Shown here one piece after another: positions 25,201-36,757 of a DNA stretch of 64,000 nt (position 1 is its first letter; every line of letters starts with the position of its first letter). Under the pieces are notes generated by a model. It did no database searches, was not told the DNA's origin, and saw nothing but the letters and a program-made list of their open reading frames with translations. Both the position numbers and the translations under genes were made by a program. Location of the stretch: the NCBI GenBank assembly GCA_902524795.1, contig CABZEU010000004.1:7380-71379 (forward strand), given 5' to 3'. Source of the DNA: an uncultured Pelagibacteraceae bacterium (GTDB lineage Bacteria; Pseudomonadota; Alphaproteobacteria; Pelagibacterales; AG-422-B15).

Positions 25201-26420
25201 CTTTCTTTTTCTACCATTTTCTTTGCCTGTTTTAATGTAGTTGCCAGACCTAAGGACTCCAAACGTGCATATATAAATGGTTTAAATAATTCTATTGCCA
25301 TTTTTTTAGGTAGGCCGCACTGGTGCAGTTTAAGTTCTGGTCCAACAACGATTACTGACCTGCCAGAGTAGTCAACTCTTTTTCCTAGAAGATTTTGCCT
25401 GAATCGACCTTGTTTACCTTTAAGCATTTCTGCAAGTGATTTTAGAGGCCGTTTATTGGTTCCAGTAATTACTCTGCCTCTGCGTCCATTATCAAATAGC
25501 GCGTCTACCGACTCCTGAAGCATTCTCTTTTCATTTCTAATAATGATATCTGGCGCTCTTAATTCTATGAGTCTCGATAATCTATTATTTCTATTGATAA
25601 CTCGTCTATATAGGTCGTTTAAATCAGATGAAGCAAACCTTCCTCCATCTAAAGGAACAAGTGGTCTAAGTTCTGGTGGAATTACTGGTACGGATGTTAA
25701 AATCATCCATTCAGGTCTATTTCCTGAAGATATAAAAGCTTCAAATATTTTAATTCTTTTAATAAGCTTTTCAGAAAGTGCGACTGCTTTGGTTTCAGCA
25801 AGTTTTGATTTTAGTAGTTCAAGATCAGACTCAAGTTCAACTCTTTCAAGAACTTTTCTTACAGCTTCTGCTCCAATTCCTGCAGAAAAGGAGTCTACGC
25901 CATATTCCTCTTTTGCATTTTCTAGTTCCTCTTCATCCAAAAGCTGATTTTGGATCAATGGTGTTAACCCAGGCTCAGTAACCATAAATTTTTCAAAATA
26001 AAGTACTTTTTCTAAGTCTTTTAACTTCATATCCATCATGAGCGCAATGCGGCTTGGTAATGATTTTAAAAACCAAATATGAGCTACAGGAGCTGCAAGT
26101 TGAATATGGCCCATGCGTTCTCTTCTTACGTCTTTTTTTGTTACTTCAACTCCACATTTTTCACATATTATACCTTTGAATTTCATTCTCTTATATTTGC
26201 CACATAAGCACTCATAATCTTTTATTGGACCAAATATTCTTGCACAAAAGAGGCCATCTCTTTCAGGTTTAAATGTTCGATAGTTGATCGTTTCAGGTTT
26301 TTTTATTTCACCGTATGACCAGGATAAAATTCTCTCGGGACTTGCTATAGAGATTTTAACTTGATTAAAGTCATCTCTTGATGCGGCAGGATTAAAAATG
26401 TTCATTAAAGACTGGCTCAT
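22230..26420 (-). CDS. rpoC: RNA polymerase beta' subunit
   Basis: Catalytic NADFDGD, Zn ribbon CLCGKYK...[20 protein letters not shown]. Confidence 0.99.
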   Translation of the reverse strand: MSQSLMNIFNPAASRDDFNQVKISIASPERILSWSYGEIKKPETINYRTFKPERDGLFCARIFGPIKDYECLCGKYKRMKFKGIICEKCGVEVTKKDVRRERMGHIQLAAPVAHIWFLKSLPSRIALMMDMKLKDLEKVLYFEKFMVTEPGLTPLIQNQLLDEEELENAKEEYGVDSFSAGIGAEAVRKVLERVELESDLELLKSKLAETKAVALSEKLIKRIKIFEAFISSGNRPEWMILTSVPVIPPELRPLVPLDGGRFASSDLNDLYRRVINRNNRLSRLIELRAPDIIIRNEKRMLQESVDALFDNGRRGRVITGTNKRPLKSLAEMLKGKQGRFRQNLLGKRVDYSGRSVIVVGPELKLHQCGLPKKMAIELFKPFIYARLESLGLATTLKQAKKMVEKERPEVWDVLDRVIREHPIILNRAPTLHRLGVQAFEPTLIEGKAIQLHPLVCTAFNADFDGDQMAVHVPLSLEAQLEARVLMMSTNNILNPANGKPVIVPSQDIVLGIYFLSQEKENEPGQGAVYKDIFEVQQAIENGVTTVHAKIEARINYINSNGNIDAKRISTTPGRMLLWNLIPQHKDLDPKLVNRLLGKKEVSSLIDTVYRYCGQKDTVIFADQLMALGFHYAYKAGISFGKDDMIIPETKEKMVSETSVQIEKYEKQYNDGLITNREKYNKVIDAWAKCTDRVAQEMMNEISSVKVDEATKRELPINSIYMMANSGARGSAAQMKQLSGMRGLMAKPSGDIIETPIISNFKEGLNVLEYFNSTHGARKGLADTALKTANSGYLTRRLCDVAQDCTISDHDCGTNSGVWISDVVEGGEVIISIADRLLGRFLQKDTIHPVTNEIVAKKDDYIDEILAEKIETAGIQNAYIRSPLTCDSKKGICVKCYGRDLARGFMVNEGEAVGMIAAQSIGEPGTQLTMRTFHIGGAAQINDQSFIEINTNGIFKILNKNTVEDSNKNLIVMGRNCQLAIHDENNRELANYKVPYGTKILVEEDSKVSSGTKICEWDPFTNPVISEKSGTANYVDMEEGISLIEETEEKTGLTYTKVKDWKLDSKGADLKPRITLRDKKGEVILLANGNEARYFLPPDSILSVSDGSEVHAGDVLARTPKAASKTKDITGGLPRVAELFEARKPKDHAIISEISGIISFGKDIRGKQKVIITPENTEDDPVEVLIPKGKHVAYQEGEIIEKGDYLLDGNPDPHDILEILGIEALADYLINEVQEVYRLQGVLINDKHIEVLCRQMLQKISITDTGDSSFIKGEEIDRYEFLITNEQLTAENKKPATGKPVLLGITKASLQTRSFISAASFQETTRILTDASIKGKVDRLEGLKENVIVGRLIPAGTGRIFNQIENQAKNLDKEAKIEIDAMQAAKEQETAEIQENS

Positions 26421-26430
26421 ATATAATTTC

Positions 26431-29400
26431 CTAATTTAAGTTCGATAATTCTATGTTAAGGCCAAGAGATCGTATCTCTTTAATTAAAACATTAAATGAT
26501 TCAGGTGTTCCTGATTGGAATACATCCTCACCTCGTATTATGGTTTCATACACTTTAGTTCTTCCAGCTACGTCATCAGATTTGACGGTTAAAATTTCTT
26601 GTAAAGTATATGCGGCCCCATAAGCTTCAAGAGCCCATACTTCCATCTCACCAAATCTCTGGCCACCAAACTGAGCTTTACCTCCCAATGGTTGCTGAGT
26701 TACAAGACTGTAAGGGCCAATTGACCTTGCATGAATTTTATCATCAACTAAGTGATGAAGCTTTAACATATATATGTATCCTACTGTGACTTTTCTCTCA
26801 AACTGCTCTCCAGTTAAGCCATCCCATAATAAAGTTTGTCCACTTTTATCAAAGCCTGCAACTTCTAACATCTCAGAGATTTCATGCTCAGACGCTCCAT
26901 CAAAAACTGGTGTTTTAATAGGAACTCCAGAAGAAATATTCATGGCAAGTTCTTTTTGCTCTGACTTATTTAGAGGAGCTATTTCATTTTTATACTGTTC
27001 GGACCCATAAACTTTCTCCAAAGAATTACCAATATATGAATGATCATTTGTAGCATTGTACTGTGCAATTGATTTATTAATAATTTCTCCAATACCAGCG
27101 CATGCCCATCCTAAATGAGTTTCTAATATTTGGCCGACATTCATTCTACTTGGCACACCTAAAGGGTTTAATACTATATCGACAGTCCTTCCATCCTCCA
27201 GATAAGGCATGTCTTCAACAGGTGCGATTTTACTTATGACGCCTTTATTTCCGTGTCGTCCAGCCATCTTGTCACCGGGTTGCAATTTTCTTTTCACAGC
27301 TACAAAAACCTTAACCATTTTCATCACGCCAGGTAACAATTCGTCTCCTCTTTGAACTTTATCAACTTTGTTATCAAAACGCGATTGAATTGCTGATCTT
27401 GCAACATCATACTGTTTTTTTAAATTGTTTATATCCTCTTGGTCTTTTGCATTTTGAAGCTTTACTTTCCATAATGAGTCTAGATTTACAGAGCTTATAT
27501 CATTTTCATCTAACAATTTTTGATCCATTATTCCCTCAGGGAGCTCTGATATACTTTTACCTTTGATTATGTTTCCTAATCTTTCTTTTATATTTCTATT
27601 AAGAATTCCTAATTCAGCCTCACGGTCATTCGCAAGCTTTTCAATTTCGTCTCTTTCAATTGAGAGGGCTCTGTCATCTTTTTCTATTCCATACCTATTG
27701 AAAACCTTTACATCTACAACAATACCACTTGACCCTGGTGGTAGTTTCAGGGATGTATCCTTTACGTCTGTTGCTTTTTCTCCAAATATTGCTCTTAGTA
27801 GTTTTTCCTCAGGAGTTACCGGACTCTCTCCTTTAGGAGTTACTTTTCCTACAAGAATATCTCCAGGATTTACATCCGCACCAACATAGACAATGCCTGC
27901 TTCATCAAGATTACGTAACATTTCGTCGCCAGCATTAGGTATATCTCGCGTAATCTCTTCTGAGCCTAATTTTGTATCTCGAGACATTACCTCAAATTCT
28001 TCAATATGAATTGAAGTGAACTTGTCTTCCTGAACAATCTTTTCTGAAATCAGAATAGAATCCTCAAAGTTGTAACCTCTCCACGGCATGAATGCGACTA
28101 CCACATTTCTACCTAAACCTAATTCACCTAAGTGCGTTGAAGGACCATCGGCAATAATATCTCCTCTAGACACTTTATCACCCACTTTAACTAATGGTCT
28201 TTGATTAATGCATGTACTTTGGTTTGATCTTTGGAACTTTAAAAGCGTATAAATATCAACCCCAGACTCATTTGTTTGTATTTTTTCTGTAACCCTAACA
28301 ACAATTCGCTTACCGTCTATTTTATCAACAATACCATCCCTATTGGCGATAATGGTTACGCCTGAGTCTATTGCAACTACTTTCTCAACCCCTGTTCCAA
28401 CAAGTGGGGACTCTGCTTGTATAAGAGGTACAGCTTGCCTCATCATATTAGAACCCATTAAAGCTCTGTTCGCATCATCATTTTCAAGAAATGGTATTAG
28501 TGATGCTGCACAAGAAACAACCTGTTTTGGTGATACGTCCATGTAGTTAATTTCATCAGGAATAGTCATTACAAAGTCTCCATTACGCCTACACGAAACT
28601 AGTTTTGTAGTGAAGCTTCCTTTTTCATCAATCTCACTATTTGCCTGCGCGATTGTATAGTCAGCCTCTTCCATTGCAGGCAAATATTCAACATCTTTTG
28701 TAACTTTACCATTTACAACTTTTCTGTAAGGGCTTTCAATAAACCCATACTGATTCACCCTTGCATGAGATGCTAAGCTGTTTATCAGCCCTATATTTGG
28801 GCCTTCTGGTGTTTCAATTGGACAAATTCTTCCATAGTGAGTTGGGTGAACATCTCTTACCTCAAATCCCGCTCTTTCTCTGCTTAAGCCACCAGGCCCT
28901 AAAGCCGAAAGTCTTCTTTTATGAGTTATTTCTGCCAGTGGGTTTGTTTGGTCCATAAACTGAGAAAGTTGAGATGTTCCAAAAAATTCTTTTAAAGATG
29001 CAACCAATGGTTTTGCATTAATTATATCTTGTGGTGTGACAGCATCAACTTCAAGTGAATTCATTCTCTCTTTAATTGATCTTTCCATTCTTATAAGACC
29101 CATTCTGAACTGATTTTCAACAAGCTCGCCCACAGATCTTACTCTTCTGTTTCCAAGATGATCAATATCATCAACCTCACCTTTGCCAGTTCTTAAATCC
29201 ATTACAGTCTTTACTACTTCAATAATATCTTCAGTCCTTAAAACTGTGATTGAGTCTGGACAGTCAAGATTTAACCTATAGTTTATTTTTACTCGACCAA
29301 CATCGGATAAATCATATTTTTCTGATTTAAAAAATAATGAATTAAATACTTCAAACGCTGTTTCTAAATTGGGTGGTTCGCCTGGCCTCAATACTTTATA

Positions 29401-30552
29401 TATTTCTACAACAGCCTCTTCTGGACTTAAATTCTTGTCGACTCTTAGAGTATCCCTAATGAATGAGCCAACGTTAATGCCATCAATTTCAAGTATGGGT
29501 AATTTGCTAATTTTTAGTTCTTTTATTTTTTCTATAGACTCTCTAGTAATTTCATCCGAAGCCTCTAGATAAATTTCACCAGTTTTTTCGTTGATAATAT
29601 CATCTGCAATAAACTTACCAATTAGTTCATCGTCATCTATAAGTAAATTTTTGAGACCATCATTATATAATTTTTTTGCAATAACTGGATTTATTTTTGT
29701 TCCTTGTTTGACAGCAACTTTTCCATTGACTGCATTAACTAAACTCTTTTGAAGCTTTCCAGTCTTAATATTTTTAGGGTTAAAGTTAAACTTCCATTTG
29801 CCGTCTTTAACGTTCAGATTATAAATTTCTGTGCTGTAGAATAAATTTAATATCTCATCTCTTTTTACTCCCATTGACATTAAAAATGTCGTAATTGGTA
29901 TTTTTTTCTTTCTGTCAATCCTGCAATGCAAAATATCTTTATGATCAAATTCAATATCCAACCATGAACCCCTATAAGGGATTACTCTTGCGCCAAAAAG
30001 TAGTTTTCCACTTGAATGAGTTTTGCCATTATCATGGTCAAAAAATACTCCAGGACTGCGGTGCATTTGGCTTACAACCACTCTCTCAGTGCCATTTGTA
30101 ATAAATGTTCCTTTTTGCGTCATTAACGGTAAGTCGCAAAGATATATTTCTTGCTCTTTGATATCTTTTACTGTCCTTGACTCAGTTTCTTCATCAATAT
30201 CAAAAACTATAAGTCGTAACTTCACATTTAATGGAGCAGCGTAAGTTTTATCTCTTTGTCGACACTCATCAACATCAAACTTTGGCTCTTGAAGACTATA
30301 TTCAATATATTCTATTCTGGCAGAGCCAGAAAAATCTTCTAGAGGAAAAACACTTTTGAACACTTTTTGCAGTCCGCGATCTGGTCTTTTTGATGGATGA
30401 ATTTCTTCCAAAAGAAACTCCTCATACGATTTTTTTTGTATTTCAATAAGATTGGGGAACTTAGAAACTTCTTTGAGTTTTCCAAAGTTCTTGCGAACTC
30501 TTTTTCTTTCAGTAAATGATAATGTATTAACCACTAATGTGTATTCGCCCAT
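26431..30552 (-). CDS. rpoB: RNA polymerase beta subunit
   Basis: [42 protein letters not shown]; exact start uncertain. Confidence 0.99.
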   Translation of the reverse strand: MGEYTLVVNTLSFTERKRVRKNFGKLKEVSKFPNLIEIQKKSYEEFLLEEIHPSKRPDRGLQKVFKSVFPLEDFSGSARIEYIEYSLQEPKFDVDECRQRDKTYAAPLNVKLRLIVFDIDEETESRTVKDIKEQEIYLCDLPLMTQKGTFITNGTERVVVSQMHRSPGVFFDHDNGKTHSSGKLLFGARVIPYRGSWLDIEFDHKDILHCRIDRKKKIPITTFLMSMGVKRDEILNLFYSTEIYNLNVKDGKWKFNFNPKNIKTGKLQKSLVNAVNGKVAVKQGTKINPVIAKKLYNDGLKNLLIDDDELIGKFIADDIINEKTGEIYLEASDEITRESIEKIKELKISKLPILEIDGINVGSFIRDTLRVDKNLSPEEAVVEIYKVLRPGEPPNLETAFEVFNSLFFKSEKYDLSDVGRVKINYRLNLDCPDSITVLRTEDIIEVVKTVMDLRTGKGEVDDIDHLGNRRVRSVGELVENQFRMGLIRMERSIKERMNSLEVDAVTPQDIINAKPLVASLKEFFGTSQLSQFMDQTNPLAEITHKRRLSALGPGGLSRERAGFEVRDVHPTHYGRICPIETPEGPNIGLINSLASHARVNQYGFIESPYRKVVNGKVTKDVEYLPAMEEADYTIAQANSEIDEKGSFTTKLVSCRRNGDFVMTIPDEINYMDVSPKQVVSCAASLIPFLENDDANRALMGSNMMRQAVPLIQAESPLVGTGVEKVVAIDSGVTIIANRDGIVDKIDGKRIVVRVTEKIQTNESGVDIYTLLKFQRSNQSTCINQRPLVKVGDKVSRGDIIADGPSTHLGELGLGRNVVVAFMPWRGYNFEDSILISEKIVQEDKFTSIHIEEFEVMSRDTKLGSEEITRDIPNAGDEMLRNLDEAGIVYVGADVNPGDILVGKVTPKGESPVTPEEKLLRAIFGEKATDVKDTSLKLPPGSSGIVVDVKVFNRYGIEKDDRALSIERDEIEKLANDREAELGILNRNIKERLGNIIKGKSISELPEGIMDQKLLDENDISSVNLDSLWKVKLQNAKDQEDINNLKKQYDVARSAIQSRFDNKVDKVQRGDELLPGVMKMVKVFVAVKRKLQPGDKMAGRHGNKGVISKIAPVEDMPYLEDGRTVDIVLNPLGVPSRMNVGQILETHLGWACAGIGEIINKSIAQYNATNDHSYIGNSLEKVYGSEQYKNEIAPLNKSEQKELAMNISSGVPIKTPVFDGASEHEISEMLEVAGFDKSGQTLLWDGLTGEQFERKVTVGYIYMLKLHHLVDDKIHARSIGPYSLVTQQPLGGKAQFGGQRFGEMEVWALEAYGAAYTLQEILTVKSDDVAGRTKVYETIIRGEDVFQSGTPESFNVLIKEIRSLGLNIELSNLN

Positions 30553-30555
30553 TTA

Positions 30556-30580
30556 TAATAGTTTGCTTAGCAAACTATTA
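30556..30580. promoter_or_regulatory. Perfect inverted repeat in the rplL-rpoB spacer
   Basis: TAATAGTTTGC-TTA-GCAAACTATTA, 11-bp stem with no U-tract. Confidence 0.5.
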
Positions 30581-30599
30581 AGTAAAATATTAATTTAAT

Positions 30600-30977
30600 T
30601 TATTTAAGTTCTACAGTTGCGCCTGCAGCTTCAAGTTTTTCCTTAAAACCATTTGCTTCGTCTTTCGATACCCCTGTCTTCAATTCCTTTGGAGCACCCT
30701 CTACCATATCTTTAGCTTCTTTGAGACCTAAACCAGTAATTGTTCTAACTTCTTTAATTACATTAATTTTTTTATCACCAGCAGCGGCCAAGACTATTGT
30801 GAATTCATCTTTTTCTTCTTCTGCAGCATCTCCCGCAGGTGCAGCTCCAGCAGCGGCAACAGCCACAGGTGCGGCAGCAGAAACCCCCCACTTTTCTTCT
30901 AATAACTTTGAAAGCTCTGCAGCTTCTATAACTGTTAGATCAGATAATTGATCAACTATTTGTTGGAGGTCAGCCAT
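30600..30977 (-). CDS. rplL: 50S ribosomal protein L7/L12
   Basis: [11 protein letters not shown] hinge, [20 protein letters not shown]. Confidence 0.98.
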   Translation of the reverse strand: MADLQQIVDQLSDLTVIEAAELSKLLEEKWGVSAAAPVAVAAAGAAPAGDAAEEEKDEFTIVLAAAGDKKINVIKEVRTITGLGLKEAKDMVEGAPKELKTGVSKDEANGFKEKLEAAGATVELK

Positions 30978-31007
30978 TTTTATTCCCTTTCTTACTTAAT
31001 TAAAATA

Positions 31008-31514
31008 TTATTTTGAACTATACGCGTTAAATACTCTTGCTAAGTCGCCTGATGGTGCAGTCAATATTGAAGCTATCTTCTGCGCAGGTGAACTAATCAA
31101 ACCTATTAATTGTGCCCTTATTTCCTCGAGAGTTGGCAATTTAGATAAAATTTCAATTTTTTCAACACTTAAAATTTCATTATCCATTATTCCACCCAAG
31201 ACAACTAAGTCGTTGTTATTCTTTGCAAAATCTACAAGTAACTTCGTTAACGAAGCTGGATCATTGGAGTAAGCTATAGCTGTAGGTCCGTTAAATAAGT
31301 CAGATAATTCAACTTTGTTGGTTTCCTTAAGTGCTAATTTTACAAGTCTATTATTTGTAACTTTTATATTACAGCCGGCATTGAATGATTGAACTCTCAA
31401 ATCTGTCATTTCATTCATCGACATTCCTCTATAATGAAAAACAAGTATTAAACTATTCTCACCTATAATACTTTTTAAATTCTTAATAAAATTTTCTTTT
31501 TGCTCTCTCTTCAT
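31008..31514 (-). CDS. rplJ: 50S ribosomal protein L10
   Basis: YRGMS, GPTAIAYS, LSKLPTLEE; position between rplA and rplL. Confidence 0.95.
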   Translation of the reverse strand: MKREQKENFIKNLKSIIGENSLILVFHYRGMSMNEMTDLRVQSFNAGCNIKVTNNRLVKLALKETNKVELSDLFNGPTAIAYSNDPASLTKLLVDFAKNNNDLVVLGGIMDNEILSVEKIEILSKLPTLEEIRAQLIGLISSPAQKIASILTAPSGDLARVFNAYSSK

Positions 31515-31517
31515 AAT

Positions 31518-32201
31518 TTATCCATCTATAGTGTTTATGTCGACATTAACTCCTGGTCCCATTGTCGGACTCAAATATATATTTTTTAAAAAATCGCCTT
31601 TAACACCAGGAGGTCGATCTTTTGAAATCTTCTCGACAAAAAATTTTATATTCTTTTTTATATCTTCCTTTGCAAAACTTGATTTTGCTATACCTGCCTG
31701 TATTAGTGTCTCACTACTTTTATACTCAATTTCTCCTGCCTTCGCATCATCAATTGCTTGCTTTATATCATTTGTAACAGTGCCTAGTTTGGGATTCGGC
31801 ATCAAATTTCTTGGTCCCAGAACCTTCCCTAACTTACCAACTTTTGACATCATATCTGGCGAAGCTATACACCTGTCGAAGTCTGTAAAACCTGCTTCAA
31901 CCTTTTGGACAAGTTCGTCAGCACCTACTATATCAGCTCCAGCATCCTTAGCTTCTTGCTGTTTATCTTCAGGAACAATGACGCACACTTTTACTTTCTT
32001 ACCTAAACTCTTTGGTAATTTTAATTTACCCCGAACATTTTGTTCTCCATTTTTGGGATCAATATTTAAATTCATGCATATATCAATTGTTTCATCAAAT
32101 TTGGTGGTTGAAGATTTTATTACTAGCTCAATTGCATCACCTAAATTGTATGATTTCGAAAAATCATTTTGACTCAAGATATCTTTCATTCTTTTATTCA
32201 C
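31518..32201 (-). CDS. rplA: 50S ribosomal protein L1
   Basis: KFDETID, LGKVLGPRNLMPNPKLGT, SPTMGPGV; GTG start. Confidence 0.97.
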   Translation of the reverse strand: MNKRMKDILSQNDFSKSYNLGDAIELVIKSSTTKFDETIDICMNLNIDPKNGEQNVRGKLKLPKSLGKKVKVCVIVPEDKQQEAKDAGADIVGADELVQKVEAGFTDFDRCIASPDMMSKVGKLGKVLGPRNLMPNPKLGTVTNDIKQAIDDAKAGEIEYKSSETLIQAGIAKSSFAKEDIKKNIKFFVEKISKDRPPGVKGDFLKNIYLSPTMGPGVNVDINTIDG

Positions 32202-32629
32202 TAGCTTGTTACCTCAATACCCATCGATTTTGCAGAGCCAATAATGATTTTTGTACCTTGTTCAATAGTATTTGCATTTAGATCTTTTAATTTCTTTTCT
32301 GCAATGTCCCTACATTGTGATGTAGAAATAGTTGAAATCATATCTCTACCAGGTTCTTTAGATCCTTTCTTTATCTTTAATGCTTCTTTGATAAAAAATG
32401 ATGCAGGTGGTAGCTTAATTTCAATACTAAAACTTTTGTCAGTGTTATATGTAACCACAACAGGCAGCATCACTCCAGGCTGCTCCCCTTTACTTTTCTC
32501 ATTAAATACTTTGCAGAAGTCCATAATATTAATACCCCTTTGACCAAGGGCTGGTCCTACTGGTGGAGACGGATTTGCTTGTCCGGCTGGGACTTGTAAC
32601 TTTAACTTTCCTTCAATTTCTTTTGCCAT
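32201..32629 (-). CDS. rplK: 50S ribosomal protein L11
   Basis: [25 protein letters not shown]. Confidence 0.98.
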   Translation of the reverse strand: MAKEIEGKLKLQVPAGQANPSPPVGPALGQRGINIMDFCKVFNEKSKGEQPGVMLPVVVTYNTDKSFSIEIKLPPASFFIKEALKIKKGSKEPGRDMISTISTSQCRDIAEKKLKDLNANTIEQGTKIIIGSAKSMGIEVTS

Positions 32630-32630
32630 T

Positions 32631-33164
32631 TTATGCCTTTTCTACCTGTGTATATTCAAGTTCTACTGGTGTAGATCGCCCAAATATTGAAACAGAAACT
32701 TTAACCCTAGATCTTTCTTCATCAATTTCCTCAACTAATCCATTAAATGAGGCAAAAGGTCCATCACTTACTCTGACTTGCTCGCCTACTTCAAATGTAA
32801 TAGAAGGTTTTGGACTAGTTACACCTTCTTCTATGTCTTGTAAAATCTTATTTATTTCACTTTCAGGAACTGCTGAGGGTTTTCCTTGTGTATGTCCTAA
32901 AAAACCACTGACCTTTGGTAGTGCCTTGACCATATGATATGTTTCGTCAGTCATTTCCATCTTGGTTAATACATAACCAGGAAAAAACTTTCTTTCAGCA
33001 TTTCTCTTTTTGCCTTTTTTGACTTCTACAACTTCTTCAGTGGGAACAATAATCTCACTAAATGAAGCTTCTATGTTTTTAGTTTTAGCTTTATCTAAAA
33101 TAGCTGCTGCGACTTTTTTTTCAAAACCTGAATAAGCGTGCACAATATACCATCTATGTGTCAT
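32631..33164 (-). CDS. nusG: Transcription elongation factor NusG
   Basis: [39 protein letters not shown]. Confidence 0.98.
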   Translation of the reverse strand: MTHRWYIVHAYSGFEKKVAAAILDKAKTKNIEASFSEIIVPTEEVVEVKKGKKRNAERKFFPGYVLTKMEMTDETYHMVKALPKVSGFLGHTQGKPSAVPESEINKILQDIEEGVTSPKPSITFEVGEQVRVSDGPFASFNGLVEEIDEERSRVKVSVSIFGRSTPVELEYTQVEKA

Positions 33165-33353
33165 TTAAACAGCTAGTCCTATCAGTCTATCGAGCCCGAA
33201 GCTAAAAATTTGATCTATTATCAAGAAAAATACTGCTGCGAAAGCGGTGATAATGACGACCATCACTGATCCTGTAAGTGTTTCTCTTGAAGAAGGCCAT
33301 GTTACTTTACCTCCTTCTCTCCTCACTTCTTGTATAAACTTAAAAGGTTTCAT
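33165..33353 (-). CDS. secE: Preprotein translocase SecE
   Basis: KVTWPS followed by one TM helix; upstream of nusG. Confidence 0.95.
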   Translation of the reverse strand: MKPFKFIQEVRREGGKVTWPSSRETLTGSVMVVIITAFAAVFFLIIDQIFSFGLDRLIGLAV

Positions 33354-33367
33354 AATTTTTTCTTAAT

Positions 33368-33443
33368 TGGCAGGAGCGAAGGGACTCGAACCCCCAACCC
33401 CCGGTTTTGGAGACCGGTGCTCTACCAGTTGAGCTACACTCCT
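33368..33443 (-). tRNA. tRNA-Trp (CCA)
   Basis: Reverse complement AGGAGTGTAGCTCAACTGGTAGAGCACCGGTCTCCAAAACCGG...GGTTCGAGTCCCTTCGCTCCTGCCA. Confidence 0.96.
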
Positions 33444-33447
33444 CCAG

Positions 33448-34638
33448 TTATGAAATAATTTCCGTTACAACACCGGAGCCAACAGTACGACCACCTTCTC
33501 TTATAGCAAAGCGCACTCCTTTATCCATTGCAATTGGAGCTATCATTTCAACTTCCATTGAAATATTATCTCCCGGCATAACCATTTCAGTACCTTCAGG
33601 AAGCTGACAAACACCAGTTACATCAGTTGTTCTGAAATAAAACTGAGGTCTGTAGTTTGTGAAGAAAGGTGTATGTCTTCCACCTTCTTCTTTTTTAAGA
33701 ACATAAGCTTCACATTTGAACTTTGTATGCGGAGTAATAGTTCCAGGATGAGCAAGCACTTGACCTCTCTCAACTTGGTCTCTCTCAACACCTCTTAAAA
33801 GAGCACCGATATTATCTCCAGCCTCTCCAGTATCTAGAAGCTTTCTGAACATCTCTACTCCAGTACAAGTAGTTTTTTGAGTGTCTTTAATGCCAACGAT
33901 CTCTAGTTCTTCTCCAACCTTAACTATTCCACTTTCTACTCTACCCGTGCAAACTGTTCCTCTTCCAGAGATTGAAAATACATCCTCAATTGGCATAAGG
34001 AATGGCTTATCCTTATCTCTTTCTGGTTGTGGAATAAATTCATCAACAGCTTTCATTAATTCTGCAATAGAATTCTTACCAATCTCATCATCTCGGCTCT
34101 CAACTGCAGCTAATGCAGATCCTTTAACAATCGGAGTTGTATCACCAGGAAAATCATACTCATTTAGAATATCTCTTATTTCAACTTCAACAAGTTCAAG
34201 CAATTCAGCATCGTCAACCTGATCAACTTTATTTAAGTATACAACAATTGCTGGAACACCAACTTGACGTGCTAATAAAATGTGTTCACGTGTTTGTGGC
34301 ATAGGTCCGTCAGCTGCATTAACAACTAAGATAGCTCCGTCCATTTGAGCTGCTCCTGTTATCATGTTCTTAACGTAGTCAGCGTGACCTGGACAATCTA
34401 CGTGAGCATAGTGTCTTGCATCAGTTGTATATTCAACGTGTGCTGTAGAAATTGTAATTCCACGCTCTTTTTCTTCTGGTGCTTTATCAATTGCATCGTA
34501 TGCAGTGAATTCTGCACCACCAGACTCAGATAATACTTTTGTAATTGCTGCGGTCAAAGTAGTTTTACCATGATCCACGTGACCAATAGTTCCAACATTA
34601 CAGTGCGGTTTACTACGATCGAATTTTTCTTTAGCCAT
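33448..34638 (-). CDS. tuf: Elongation factor Tu
   Basis: [28 protein letters not shown]. Confidence 0.99.
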   Translation of the reverse strand: MAKEKFDRSKPHCNVGTIGHVDHGKTTLTAAITKVLSESGGAEFTAYDAIDKAPEEKERGITISTAHVEYTTDARHYAHVDCPGHADYVKNMITGAAQMDGAILVVNAADGPMPQTREHILLARQVGVPAIVVYLNKVDQVDDAELLELVEVEIRDILNEYDFPGDTTPIVKGSALAAVESRDDEIGKNSIAELMKAVDEFIPQPERDKDKPFLMPIEDVFSISGRGTVCTGRVESGIVKVGEELEIVGIKDTQKTTCTGVEMFRKLLDTGEAGDNIGALLRGVERDQVERGQVLAHPGTITPHTKFKCEAYVLKKEEGGRHTPFFTNYRPQFYFRTTDVTGVCQLPEGTEMVMPGDNISMEVEMIAPIAMDKGVRFAIREGGRTVGSGVVTEIIS

Positions 34639-34675
34639 TTTTTATGTCCTCTCAGTTTTTAAACAACTTTAGTCT

Positions 34676-34749
34676 TGGAGCGGGTGAAGGGAATCGAACC
34701 CTCGTAATCAGCTTGGAAGGCTGGAGCTTTACCACTAAGCTACACCCGC
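34676..34749 (-). tRNA. tRNA-Gly (TCC)
   Basis: Reverse complement GCGGGTGTAGCTTAGTGGTAAAGCTCCAGCCTTCCAAGCTG...GGTTCGATTCCCTTCACCCGCTCCA. Confidence 0.96.
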
Positions 34750-34783
34750 TTGTTCCTTCAAGCTACCCTAAGGTACCTTTTCG

Positions 34784-34868
34784 TGGTGGAGGGGGTTGGA
34801 TTCGAACCAACGTAAGCATAGCTAACGGGTTTACAGCCCGTCCCCTTTAACCACTCGGGCACCCCTCC
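34784..34868 (-). tRNA. tRNA-Tyr (GTA)
   Basis: Reverse complement GGAGGGGTGCCCGAGTGGTTAAAGGGGACGGGCTGTAAACCCG, long variable arm, GGTTCGAATCCAACCCCCTCCACCA. Confidence 0.96.
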
Positions 34869-34936
34869 CGAGATAGTTTTATCAACATCTCAAGATAAGT
34901 TTCCCTAGACATAGTCTATTGAACCTTAAGGGGTGA

Positions 34937-34965
34937 CTTATATGTAAAAAAGGAGGGTAAATCAA
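34937..34965 (-). promoter_or_regulatory. Putative promoter of the tRNA-Tyr/tRNA-Gly/tuf transcript
   Basis: Minus strand TTGATT-N17-TATAAG followed by TCACCCC. Confidence 0.5.
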
Positions 34966-35020
34966 TAAATATTAATATTTTTAAACCTAAATAAATTAAA
35001 AATGTTAAATTCTTAAATAC

Positions 35021-35794
35021 ATGAGGAATAGATTTAAAAAACTCCCTAAAAAAAGGCAAAATTCAGACTACTGGATTTATGGCCATCATGCTGTTGTTGG
35101 CGCTATAAATAATAATAATAGAATAAAATATGAAATAAACTTCACAATTGAAGCAGAAAAAAAGCTCTTTCAAGAAGTAGACATAAAAGAACTCAAATTT
35201 GCCAGGAGACATAGATCGAGAGAAGAAATTGAAAATCTACTAGGAGGCATTTCAAATCATCAAGGGATTTGCCTCAAAGTAGAAAAGCTTAAAGTGCCCG
35301 AGCTTAATGAAATTTTGGATAATTGTAATAAGGAACACTCAATCATTGTCTTATTAGATCAGCTTGAAGACTCACAAAATGTAGGAGCAATTTTTCGTTC
35401 CGCCCTAGCATTTAAACTAGACGGAATAATACTGACTCAAGATAACTCTGTAAGTGAAAATTCATTTTTAACGAAAGCTGCATCTAGTGGAGTTGATAAA
35501 GTTCCTTTTACAAAAATTAAAAATATAAGTTCTTGTATAAAAAAATTAAAACAATCTGGATATTGGATTTATGGCTTAGAAATGAATGCTGGTAAATCTT
35601 TAAAAGAAACAAAATTTCCTAAGAAGGTAGTAATTATTCTAGGTTCAGAAAATAAGGGCCTTAGGAAAATTACTACTTCACTATGCGATGAAATAATCAA
35701 AATTGATATAAGTGGTGAATTGGAAAGTTTAAATGTATCCAATACTGCTGCGATTGCATTTTATGATATTTCTAACTCAATTCTAAAGAGCTAG
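35021..35794 (+). CDS. rlmB: 23S rRNA 2'-O-methyltransferase RlmB (SPOUT/TrmH family)
   Basis: IYGHHAV, HQGI, DSQNVGAIFRS, GSENKGL, ESLNVS; usual alphaproteobacterial position between tRNA-Tyr and tRNA-Thr. Confidence 0.88.
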   Translation: MRNRFKKLPKKRQNSDYWIYGHHAVVGAINNNNRIKYEINFTIEAEKKLFQEVDIKELKFARRHRSREEIENLLGGISNHQGICLKVEKLKVPELNEILDNCNKEHSIIVLLDQLEDSQNVGAIFRSALAFKLDGIILTQDNSVSENSFLTKAASSGVDKVPFTKIKNISSCIKKLKQSGYWIYGLEMNAGKSLKETKFPKKVVIILGSENKGLRKITTSLCDEIIKIDISGELESLNVSNTAAIAFYDISNSILKS

Positions 35795-35881
35795 TGATAT
35801 CATCGCTAATACAAGAATAAAAAATACCACAAGGTAAGCAAGGGCTATTTGTCCACCAATGAATTCTAAAAATTTTTTCAT
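35783..35881 (-). CDS. Small single-TM protein, 32 aa (MKKFLEFIGGQIALAYLVVFFILVLAMISLAL); below the ORF-track cutoff
   Basis: ATG at 35881 to TAG at 35783, uninterrupted hydrophobic helix, fills the rlmB-tRNA-Thr gap. Confidence 0.5.
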   Translation of the reverse strand: MKKFLEFIGGQIALAYLVVFFILVLAMISLAL

Positions 35882-35952
35882 ATGTACTGCATAATATAAA
35901 TAAATATAGACAAATAAAACTTATAATTTTAAAAAGATTTATAAATTACTAT

Positions 35953-36028
35953 GCCCCTATAGCTCAATTGGTAGAGCAATTGATTTGTAATCAATAGGTT
36001 CGCGGTTCAAGTCCGTGTGGGGGCACCA
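35953..36028 (+). tRNA. tRNA-Thr (TGT)
   Basis: GCCCCTATAGCTCAATTGGTAGAGCAATTGATTTGTAATCAATAGGTTCGCGGTTCAAGTCCGTGTGGGGGCACCA. Confidence 0.96.
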
Positions 36029-36043
36029 CTTAAATTAAAAAAT

Positions 36044-36643
36044 CTATTTCTCATCAATTACCCAGGCATAAACCTCTCCCTTTTTATGATGAGGGTGAAT
36101 TAAATTATTAAACTTATGTTGGTATTTTTCTGAAAATTTACAAAAATGCCTTTCAGCAAGAACTTCAAAGCAATCAATTGCAATGTCTAAAGGCCACTCA
36201 TCATAGTCATATCCATAAATCATTATGACCTTTTTGCCTTGGAACCCTGAGTTAAGTAATTTTTTTATATCACCTAAAACACTTCCATCTCCTTCATACG
36301 GGGATAATAAATCAACCATTATAAATTCCTCAGGAGTGCCATTATTTCGAAGTCTTCTCATTGCTTTAGCTTCAATAAAATAATTATTTTCATCAGACTG
36401 CCAGTAAATATCCAGCTTCTTTCTGCTTAAGTTTGGATATTTTTCTTCAGTTACAATCGAATCAAATATTTGATTTTGATTTTTCATTTCATCTGTAACC
36501 ATTTTAATTAATTTTTTCTCCTGAAATGGTCCGATGCCGGGTGAATACTTTATATCTGGTTTTCTTGCATTGGAAGCTTGGGGCGCTTTAGCGTCAACTA
36601 TCTCTATACATTTTGCAAAATGGCTAATGAATTCCGAAATCAT
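36044..36643 (-). CDS. Hypothetical protein, putative PD-(D/E)xK nuclease fold
   Basis: Helix E42, E66-x-x-YP, strand D78, IE91AK93, later DIKKL; 199 aa. Confidence 0.6.
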   Translation of the reverse strand: MISEFISHFAKCIEIVDAKAPQASNARKPDIKYSPGIGPFQEKKLIKMVTDEMKNQNQIFDSIVTEEKYPNLSRKKLDIYWQSDENNYFIEAKAMRRLRNNGTPEEFIMVDLLSPYEGDGSVLGDIKKLLNSGFQGKKVIMIYGYDYDEWPLDIAIDCFEVLAERHFCKFSEKYQHKFNNLIHPHHKKGEVYAWVIDEK

Positions 36644-36757
36644 ACTAAGTAAATATTACTCCGAAAAAATACAAAACAAAAGTTGTGATAAAATTTAACC
36701 CAAAAATACTTATTCTATCATTTTATGCTTTACAATCCCAACACCGCTAGACTGCGT

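Noticed and set aside
22230-30552. Possible inteins or introns in rpoB/rpoC
   Set aside because: Lengths (1373 and 1396 aa) are ordinary for alphaproteobacteria and no splicing motifs were seen.
31531-32172. 213-aa plus-strand ORF antisense to rplA, and many similar antisense ORFs over conserved genes
   Set aside because: They mirror the codons of conserved genes and show no recognisable motifs; shadow ORFs.
33407-34850. Plus-strand ORFs overlapping tRNA-Trp, tuf, tRNA-Gly and tRNA-Tyr
   Set aside because: Fully explained by the tRNA and tuf sequences on the opposite strand.
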